This document shows, one piece after another, positions 54,853-64,000 of a stretch of DNA of 64,000 nucleotides; positions within the stretch are counted from its first letter, which is position 1, and each line of letters begins with the position of its first letter. Source of the DNA: Raillietiella orientalis (taxonomy: Eukaryota); assembly GCA_036172245.1 (NCBI GenBank), contig JAYWIR010000028.1, positions 2,666,001-2,730,000 on the forward strand, given 5' to 3'. The notes under the pieces were generated by a model. That model had not been told where the DNA came from. It made no database searches and saw nothing but the letters and a program-made list of their open reading frames with translations. The position numbers were made by a program, and so were the translations under genes.

Positions 54853-57107
54853 ATCTTATATAAATTTATTATTTAATCGTGAATTTTTAGATTTATTGTT
54901 ACGTAGATGCTAGGAAAGTTATAAGCAGTTTTATAAGTCTATTCAGTCATTTGATGAGAAATTGCAAAATCTAAGCACTTAAAGAAAATTTAAAATAAGA
55001 TGGCCCCGGAGTCCCCCGTGCTATTTTTTTTTTCTTGTTTTATTTAGAATCTAGTGCAAAGTTTAACAGCATTGACCCGGAAGTGTGTTGTGGCTTATGC
55101 AATGTACAAAGTTAATGATCAGAATTTGTAAATTAAAATGTGACAATAAAGGAATATTTTTTTCATGTCTGTTTATATATTGATAAGTAAATACGGAGAA
55201 ATGTGTTAAAAAAACCGGAGATAGCCTTGGTTGGTAATTTTTAGATCAGGTAATGTTTACTGACCACCCCTATATAGTCACCATTTCCCCAGATGACCGC
55301 TCGGATGGGCAAAAGAAGTACCCAGTACAGTCCAAATATGTTATGACCAAAATGGCAGAACTCTTTGATTTTATTTGTACCTTATAAATTGCAAATTTCT
55401 TCATTAGCTCTTTAAGAACGATAATTTTACCTAAGACAGTGTTAATCTATAAATGACGGAAAACGTAATAATCTACAAACAATAATCAGCATAAGCATTC
55501 ACAATTAGCAAAACAAGATTTCTCAGAATTTTCATACACAGTTTTTTACAAAGTTTTGCAATTCTTATATGTCATTTTTGCTGGATAATTAGGATTAAAC
55601 TGATTAAGCTGTTTTTCCGAACAGTTCTTTGTGTAGCTTGTTTGCAATTAATACTGCTAGCTAATGCACTTCTGTTATTGAATCAGGAAAAAAATTGCCG
55701 TGCAAACAATTTGGAAACATTATGACAGCAGCTGTTGCTTCCATAAAGCTTTATGATACTCAGAACAATCTGTTCTTAACCTTTCTATCTTCGACCCAAT
55801 ATGTCGAAAGCATGTACGAAACAAAAAAATACTGGGTACTTTTTCCACATATTGCTTTACGTATTTAATGTTCATACCTTTCCGCTGACGTTCGGTTTAC
55901 CGTCTGTGATTGTAATGGTGGGAAAGAGACCTATAGCTTATGAATGATACGACTGCAACATTTTCAGACTGAATATGTATAGAAGTTTCCATCAAAAGAC
56001 CCGGGCGCTGAGGACTCCGAAATATTAACCGGCTAAAAAACAGCGTTTATGCAGACCCAACTTATGTATTTATATAAAATATATAAGACCGCCTTATAGA
56101 CTTCCCTCTGGGAATGCCAGCTTAATTCCTACTGCACAAGGAGAGAAAAAAAAACACTCCCCATACTCAAACTAAGTTTGAAACTATCTAAAAAGAAAGT
56201 ACGTTCAGAATTTTAGGTTGTTATGAGCATCGTAAATCAAACACCAACTTAAATGAAAACTGCCTGCAGACCGTGTTCAACTTGAATGTTACGTCAAGAA
56301 TAAATAGAAATAAATTTTTAAAAATTGGAGCTTTTTGTCACAGAATTGTAATTACAGCTGACACTCGGACGACCCTTGCAGTCTGTGATCAATAACAGAT
56401 GCATAGATATCAAAATCGATTGTTTTATTTGTTTCTGTTTATTTTGGTTTGTTTACCACGTGTAGAAAAATCCAAATATGACTGGTAATTGGATGGTTGA
56501 GAAATGGAACTCGAAGTTTTGGTGTCCGTTGGACTGAATGCGTTTCGTCAAACTGCATTAGCAGAATGGAATCGTGGAGTTCACGTATTGTTCTCGAGTA
56601 AAGTTGGTTTCTTTAATGAAAACACGTCGTACTGCGTGTACGAAAGACTACATTAGTTTCGAATGAACTGATTTACTAATATTCATGTTTTCGATACATT
56701 TGATTTTGTTATTCAGTGCCCGGCTATTGACAATTTCAGTATCAACGTTGCTTTTATGCATCAAAGACATACTGAACTTGTGCACTCCTAGAGATCCACG
56801 AGTCAAGGAATCAAAAACAAGCAAAATGACCGTACAAAACGCTTCTGCAACATAACGAAATTTGCAACAACCCGTATCAGGAGCATGTATGTCTTTGTCC
56901 AAGAAGTATCAGTGATTTAATTGGGAAGCGTGCATTTTACGTAGTCTACAAAATTAGTCCAATAACAAAATGAAAACAGTAAGTCATAGAAAAAAAAGGA
57001 AAAAAAACAATCAAGGAATTGGTCTAGATAAAGTTTACTTTAATTCCACTTGCAATCTGATATACATTTCATTCTCTTTAATTCGCTAAAATTCGCATTT
57101 GCACTTG

Positions 57108-58224
57108 TTATAACAGGGTTGGAAACAAACTGTTGAATTCTTGCCAATTGGGATCTATGGATTCATCATTTGGAGACCCTAATGATTCATAACCAGCATC
57201 AAAGGGTGACACAACTGAAAAGGGGGAGTACATTATCATATCATTATTTGTATTAGAGTCCAAGGAGGTTTCCAGTTTTGCTGGTGTAGCATCCACCAGT
57301 TGCATGATCTCAACTGGTATTTGTATTTCTGGGTCAATACAAACTTCTTGGTGGCAACATGCATCACTGCTTTCTGGTGTAATTCCCAGTTCCATCCAAT
57401 CAAGGTCAGCAAACACAGCAGAAGCTTCATTACAAACCAGCTTCTCTCCTGCACTCTCAGCAGAAGTGCATAAATGAACACTGCAGGCTCAACAGACAGT
57501 AGCTCAGTCGAAATGGTAGACTGCTGTGCATGCTTCACAATCTCCTTATGTCCCTGTAATTTTGTCAGCTCTTGATGAAGTTGCTGATTTTCTTTTTTGA
57601 GCAAAGAGTTTTCCAGCACCAAATTCTGATTCTAAAGCATGCAACAATTAAGAATAATGATGGTTATGAATCAATCTTACTTCTGAAGACAACCTGTTGA
57701 CATCCTTTTCCAACTGTTGCATTCTCTCTTTCCTCCTATCTCTAGCACACTGGGCTGCTACTCGATTTTTGATTTTCCTGGAATACCAACACTCAGCATT
57801 TATCATACAAAAGCTTTTTCTACTTGTATACACTTCAAATTCACTTCAGTGCAATTCATTTTTCCAAAGCAGCAATATTTGAAAGAATCTTATAAAGTTT
57901 GTATACTTAAAAGTTTGGGAGACCATTGCCTTACCTTCTCCACAGCTTCTCATCAATGAAAGATGGAACTTCTTTGGAATGCTGTTGATAATTATTTGAA
58001 GGCGGGCTTGGTTCTGCTAAATTAACCAATTTTGGAGATGAAATCTCAAACTGGGAAGAATTTACAAATTTAATGGGTGATTTCAGTTTGATTATTTTAA
58101 TCGTGGATTCGTTGGCATTGTTACTGCCTACTTGAAGAGTGACAGTTTGATGTGATTTTGAAACTGTGGATTCTTTCTTTATATGTGGCAAAGCAATAAA
58201 TATTGGTACTACTTTGTTTGACAT
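57108..58224 (-). CDS. XBP1: X-box binding protein 1 (bZIP); XBP1s ends at 57108, XBP1u ends at 57236
   Basis: Exon 58224-57935, intron 57934-57778, exon 57777-57681 (RKIKNRVAAQCARDRRKERMQQLE), 49-nt intron, exon from 57631. Removing the 23-nt IRE1 intron shifts into the frame ending DAGYESLGSP...WQEFNSLFPTLL*, similar to the LFP.L terminus of XBP1s. Confidence 0.93.
57461..57483 (-). other. IRE1-cleaved unconventional 23-nt intron of XBP1 mRNA
   Basis: mRNA: UGAGC-CUG|CAGU-GUUCA ... UGCACUU-CUG|CUGA-GAGUGCA. There are two stem-loops with 7-nt CNG|CNGN loops, and excision of CAGUGUUCAUUUAUGCACUUCUG restores the XBP1s frame (EPAESAGEKL...AVFADLDW). Confidence 0.92.
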
Positions 58225-58799
58225 TTTGATACCAAACTATGCTAATTCCTGTTTACGGTATCTTTTCAGTTATAATACTCATCACCTAAAATCAAAATTA
58301 TCCCATTGATTAGGAATGCTTATGCATTATCATCTATTGCCAAGACATAATCTAATTTTACGCAAATTTCATGGAAATGATTTTGCAATGCTCATGCATG
58401 GATTACAATTAAACGATTCTTCACCGATAACCACCGGAAAACGCTTTCAGATTCTTTCATGGAGGCTCTTCCCAGTTGGCGTGAAAAAAAAAAAAAAAAA
58501 ACCCAAACACCTGATACCTAGGGGGCGGGGCTCGAAATCCAGCTTTCGTAAGAACAACACATTCTGAATCTATTACTTATCGTAATAATCCAGGAGTCTT
58601 TATATAGAATACATTTAGTTACTATTCGGATAATCCTCACAACGACTGATAAGCACTATCTGATGAGTTCGCAGGGTGGCATCACCGAATTCATCTCAGC
58701 GTAACGCAAAAAACCAAACGCCGAAGGCCACCCGGAGGCACTTTTTTTTTTTTCTTTTTTTTCCCGTTCCTTTGATAACACTAGCTATGCTCGTGATAA

Positions 58800-59320
58800 C
58801 ACTAAGCACGTAAAACGTAAACGCATTCCTACTACTTGAACTGCTTCACAACTGCCGAGGGTGTGTGACATCCAAGCAAGTGGTCCAAGCAGACACGTTC
58901 ACAACACACCCCCAACACTACCACGTAATGGTGGGCGATGCACCCGGAGCTCCGGAGACGGGCATCTCCCGGAGGGGAAGATCCACACCGAGCACACTGC
59001 TCACTCCCCTCGGCTCGCGGCTACGTGGGTTCTGGCTGAACACCAGGCATTCCGTGTCACAATACACACGGACATGTGCACACGCACCCACCCGGCCTCC
59101 CCTTCCGCCGCAGGCGCCGTCCGCAGCTGACGCAACAGCACGTCAGGCGTTGGAGACGGGGAGGGAGGCTGGCCGTCGATCCTTCGTCTCGAGGCGGGGA
59201 ACTGCATCCTTCCTTTTTCTCCTTTTATCGAAACCGTACTGTACCATACGACGAGCGAGCCTTCCAGCATGAAAGACGGGAAATCACTGCTCGGGCCGTT
59301 TGGCGATTTTCGACGTGGAA
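58800..59320. promoter_or_regulatory. GC/CpG-rich putative XBP1 promoter/enhancer with clustered ACGT-core (UPRE/CRE-like) sites
   Basis: Local GC/CpG rise upstream of XBP1. Sites: TGACGCAA 59128-59135, CACGTCA 59139-59145 (TGACGTG on the minus strand), GACGTGG ~59312, TACGTGG ~59022, CCACGTA ~58921, GCACGTA ~58806. Confidence 0.5.
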
Positions 59321-62199
59321 ATTCGGAACATGTGAAACACACCACCGACAAGGAAAGATAGCTTGTCACCTCGGACGAAGTGGCTTTCTTTTTTATTTTC
59401 TTTTATTCCTCGAACAGCAGCTTTTTTCATTTTGTCGCTTGGAGTTATTACTGCGATCTGTGACTGCTTACCGATGCTGTCTTTGCGTTGCAGTCACTAA
59501 ATTTAACATCATTACCTGTAATATGTTGGTAATACGCGTCTTGCGAGCAATAATACATTTTACTTCGACATGCACCACAGAAAACACCTCTCGTGAACGT
59601 ATATACTTAAATTCATATACAGCTGCCTTCAGAATTAAAGACGCAAACGTATGAGCGAGTAACAAACGACGACAAAAAATTTTTTTTTAAATAAGGATCC
59701 CAGGAAGAGGGTATTAAAGTTGCAGGTATACCAAGCTATTTCAAACAAAGCTTTCAATCTTGTGAAGCTGCACGGTGATCGTTTCCAAGAGATCTCCAAA
59801 AGACATGAAGACATTCAACCCGCATACAGCTATTTGCTGCAATAATCGATTTCCTTGAGTTTTCCTTTTCCGTGTAATTCGAGGGTGCCACCTTACTTTA
59901 CAGCTCGAAGCCATCCGTCGAAGAGAAGCAGTGATTTTTGCAGAACGCAATTTTTTAGCTACACGTTGTATCACACTGCTGGACTCTGTGTTCTTAGATT
60001 TTACGTATCTACGCTGTTGTGTATGAGTTCTGCACGTACGTGTGCATCAATTACAGGGAAGCCGTCCCGAATTTCATTTTCATCGGGGAATGAGGGTAAA
60101 CTGGAAAGTGTGCTGCTGTTACTCGGAGCAGTCTTCATAGGTTCATGAACGTCGACAAGAAAGAAAAAAAAAGTCAGGGTGTATCTTTCTTTTGCACGCT
60201 GAATTCCACACCGTCTGCAAATGACACACGTGCCGTCACGAAACTACAGTGCTTCTTTATGCTGCTTCCTTATCCTACAGATTGAATTCGGCCACTTCAT
60301 GCTCTGCCAGATCCACTCGGAAAAACGGAAAGTTTCAATGCTGAATTTTCATTTCGAAACTCGATCACTCCAGTTCTGAGTCTGAACTATGCAAAAGCGG
60401 CCACGGGGAATTCTCAATACACTACGAAAGGACAGCTTGCCCAGCCTAAAATCACTGATTTCTCTTAGTGATCCCACTCACATGGCTGCATTATTCCTGA
60501 AGCTCTTATCAAGGGATGAAAATGGTGAATGTGCTGATTTTCGACCCTTAGTGCTTTTGCATCGTGTCACTGTGTACCATCCAAGATATCATACGCTGTG
60601 TAATACGTCGGTGTTGTGGTTGTACGTGTCTGTGTGCAATTGCTGCTCACAGGCAAGTCCTCCTTGAGAAGAGGGCTTGGGAAAGGATCACTTCCCAGTG
60701 GCACGTTTTATTACTCGGCACGCACACTCACTATGCGCTCTCTCCCGTTGAATGTTCCAATTGAAACTTTCATCTTTGTTTTAAAACTTCGACTCCCAAA
60801 ACAACCAATTTATTCAGCTGGCACCTCCCGGATCAGATGATCAACGAGTAAATCGCAAGGGGATGGTTGGGTAAAAAGTTCTTGGACAGCTCTGGACATC
60901 GATGGAACCGATTCCATCTTTACCGATCTCGGTATCTCGACAATCTTTCCAAAAGAAAGGGATGCATCAAGGAATTCCAGAATGCCTTCTGGATTCCGTT
61001 TCGCCCCGTTTCGATTCGCTGTGGACTATAAGCAGTTTGAGCAATTGCATTACTTATGTAACATAATTTTCGTTGCAGGACTTACAGTATCTGGTGATTT
61101 GAAGAGAAGTGGCACCATTCCATCCGTTCGGTGATCATAGCTGGAGAGAACCGGAGAACTTCACAGAGATTCGTGGAATCGTGGAAAATGATTCTGTTCG
61201 CCTTTTCTCATCTCCACGTTTGAAATTCATAGGCTCAGCCTGTCTATTTTCCTTTTGGATGTAATGTTGCAAAAACAGTGTAAGTAGTGCTTTCTCAACA
61301 GAGTAAGGCAGAATAAGAAAAAAAGGTTTTCTCTAATCAGTGCTCCACAGAGTGATATGGAGGAATCTTCAATCTCAAAGGAAGAATCGGTTTTGCAGAT
61401 GCCGTGTACGTTATTTGTACATTGGGCTCTTACATGCACTCATTCTTTCCATTGCACTCGGCTCGCAATGCGTCAAATTCCATTTTACTTAGTTCTAAAG
61501 CCAAATTCAAAGATACAGGTGAATTAGTGGCGCGGAATTCAGCTTAACTATACAATATGCAACACTGAACTGAGTATTAGGACAAATTCAAGAACAGCTA
61601 ATAAGCATGCAAGATATAAAATATAAATGCATGCAAACGAGCTCCATCACTGTCTGTGAGCTACACTTTTACAGCAATAAAAAACTGAACCACTTATTAA
61701 GTATTTGCGCATTTAATATTTTCGTTGCCATGCTCTTCAAAAACTTGAAGACTGTGTTCATTTTCTCATATGTCTAAGCACGTGCACGAAACGAACTGTA
61801 TGGCGAATCGCAATTATCTCAATCGAATCATCATAATTACCCTGCATATCTACTCCTTCTAAACTCTTTTACAGATAGTACATAGTATACGGATCGTACG
61901 CACGAACTTTTTTTATGTAGTCGTTGATTCTCTCAACTTCTGCTTGTGTACTCACATGAATACATGCACATGTCACATGTGATCCTGATCTACATAGCTG
62001 TAGAGAGTGCACTAGCGTTAACAGTGCACGATCCAACTCAATACTGGCCTGGGCATCCCTTATCACGAAACACCCAGAGCAAAGGAAAGGCGTGTTCTGC
62101 GTCGAGAATCATAGAGAGTAGGCGATCTTCCGCCCAACGGAGGACTCCTCCTCCGATCTGCAGACTTTAGAGCTGCTCAGTGTATGAGTACAGTGTTCA

Positions 62200-64000
62200 C
62201 CGGAGATGGTGGCGATCTCATGTACGCAGGCAGGAAGAAAAGAGGAAGCCCAATAACACCTCCACAATTCCTACATCAACCGTAAACCCATGATCTCTGA
62301 AAGACGCGAAGGAGGTCCGCGTCTTTCAGCGATCGGATGCCGTGTGGTTACGGTGGTCTCTGCGTGTGGCACCACTAAGAGTCGTGGGTTCGAATACTCC
62401 GAAGGAATCGACGCAGTGCGTCGTGGGTTCCCAGTTCACCCCACAAGATGACGCTGGTTGGCCTACACTCATCCGGATGCGGCATTGGCAGCGGCTGAAA
62501 CCGGATGCCCCCCGATGAGGGCCGGGTCAAATGGGAGTCGACCTCCGGGTACTTCCAGGAATCACGGAGTGGGAGCTTCCCTCTGGTTGTGAAGGAGCGG
62601 AACCCCCATTCCGGGGGGGACCTCTCGTCGTACTGATGGAGTAGGTGTGTCGCCACCACCTCTCCAGAGAGTGCAGAGACGAGAGCCGATCCCTCCGGGG
62701 ATTCTGCGTCCTTCTGGATTTCGGAAGCGTCCCTTCTGGATTTTCTTCAGAAGAGTAAAAGCAGGAGAGGATCCCTTGCGGGGGATCCCTCCGGAGAAGA
62801 AATTCCAGGATCGGACCCTTTCCGGGTTCCCTTCAGAGAGGAAAGAATGGAGCGGACCCCCTCGGGGGTGCTTCGGAGAAAATGAAGAAGGAGATTCTCT
62901 TCAGGGTTCCCTTTCGGAGACAACCAGGTGGAGATGATCTCCATTTACAGGTATCCCTCCCCAGGCGTGAGAGGAACGGACTCCGAGTCCTTCCTGGATT
63001 CATAGGGAGGATCTCTCCTGGGGTACCCCCTATCTTGAAGAACTACTCACTCTCGGGTGGCGTGGAACCGTGTCGAAGGACTGCGAAGACAGAAAAGGAG
63101 GATTTCCATCATCCAGCTGGTGAGCTAGATCGAGAAGACTGTTCAGCTGGAAACATTGGAAGTTGATGGCTTCTGATCAGCTTTTCCCCAGGACAGATCC
63201 GAAGCTCAATCCAGATCTAATGCTCCCGGACGAAAGACCAGTGATAGAACTAGCGATCATGTGTCCCTCTGATTGTTCGACAACAGCACTAGAAGAGGCA
63301 AGACAAGGAGGCTAGTATAGAAATAGAGACGGAAGCCTGCAATATGAAAGTAGCTGCTTATCAGAATTAACACTTGCCGCGTTATACCAATTTTGTGGGT
63401 CTCAATCTGCGCCATCACTTCACATCACTCTTCCAGTACATCTCCAGAAGCTAACAAGATGCTCCAAATGGAGGCTCAGGTTCACAATCGTCCTGACGTC
63501 ATTTCCAGCAAGCCAGCTAACTGTCAATGGACAGTTCTGTACAATTCTTATCTAAGGCAAGTGAAAGAAGTAGCCAAGATTTGCATCTCACATTAAGATG
63601 CTCGCAAGGAACAGTCGAGATGCGTGACATTACTGCCTGTCTGGAAACTGACTGCTTAAAACACCTCAGTGACGCATTTCAGAATCTAAAGAGAGAGTCA
63701 ACTGGAGGCACAGGCTCGTGGAGTCACAAGATTTCTTCCTGAAAAGCCTTCTTCCAATGTTTCATAAGCCAAGGCATCAGCCATGTCTGTCCCAGGAATG
63801 GGAGGAGAAGCTGAACACATCCTCGAATTTAATGGGAGTAAGTATCAACGCAGTAGCTATCAAACTGAGGGAAAAAGATGATGTCTCCGCGAGCAGAGAA
63901 GGTGAAGAGTATATCAGCCATGCTTTGGGACTGGCTTTGAAGGTAGACTTCCGGTCTTCGTCCGCTGGCAAGAGCTGCAAAGTGACCGACTTTGTAGCTA
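62200..64000. mobile_element. GC-rich, probably transposon-derived degenerate sequence (unclassified)
   Basis: Abrupt compositional shift, broken coding-like frames and low-complexity GGATCCCTCCGG-type repeats (62690-62920). A faint hAT-like motif run occurs at 63400-63600. No diagnostic domain was recognised. Confidence 0.3.

Noticed and set aside
55240..56160. Short TIR-like words of pogo/mariner MITEs between SPT6 and XBP1
   Set aside because: No matching inverted partner or TA duplication could be identified.
58861..59654. Several overlapping ORFs of 89-192 aa on both strands
   Set aside because: Explained by local GC richness; no recognisable domain or splice support.
60389..60667. ORF containing ECADFRPLVLL, similar to the LINE RT motif RPISLL
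   Set aside because: Isolated match; no downstream RT motifs found.

Overview
AT-rich nuclear DNA from an invertebrate, probably an arthropod or other ecdysozoan (inferred from an HR39 orthologue and a 23-nt IRE1 intron in XBP1). Six spliced protein-coding genes can be reconstructed by hand: an SLC5A8/12-like sodium:solute symporter (-), nuclear receptor Hr39/NR5B (+), NFKBIL1 (+), IFT122 (+), SPT6 (+) and XBP1 (-). They are interspersed with decayed transposon remnants (pogo/Tigger, Utopia/NeSL-like, Academ-like, possibly DIRS) and a short U2 snRNA 5' fragment flanked by direct repeats. The most striking observation is that SPT6 reads through its usual animal C-terminal motif (DATPLxDE) into a ~445-aa spliced, tandemly duplicated tail with ~26 Trp and 8 WG/GW dipeptides, resembling the Argonaute-hook tail of plant SPT6L/SPT5L. 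Other highlights: IFT122 starts only 117 nt after the NFKBIL1 stop; most introns are 39-58 nt, often with AAG or purine-rich acceptors; IFT122 has a 50-nt U12-like intron; and XBP1 keeps both IRE1 hairpins and a putative XBP1u arrest peptide. All family assignments come from motif recognition by eye, with no database searches, and exon boundaries are manual predictions.
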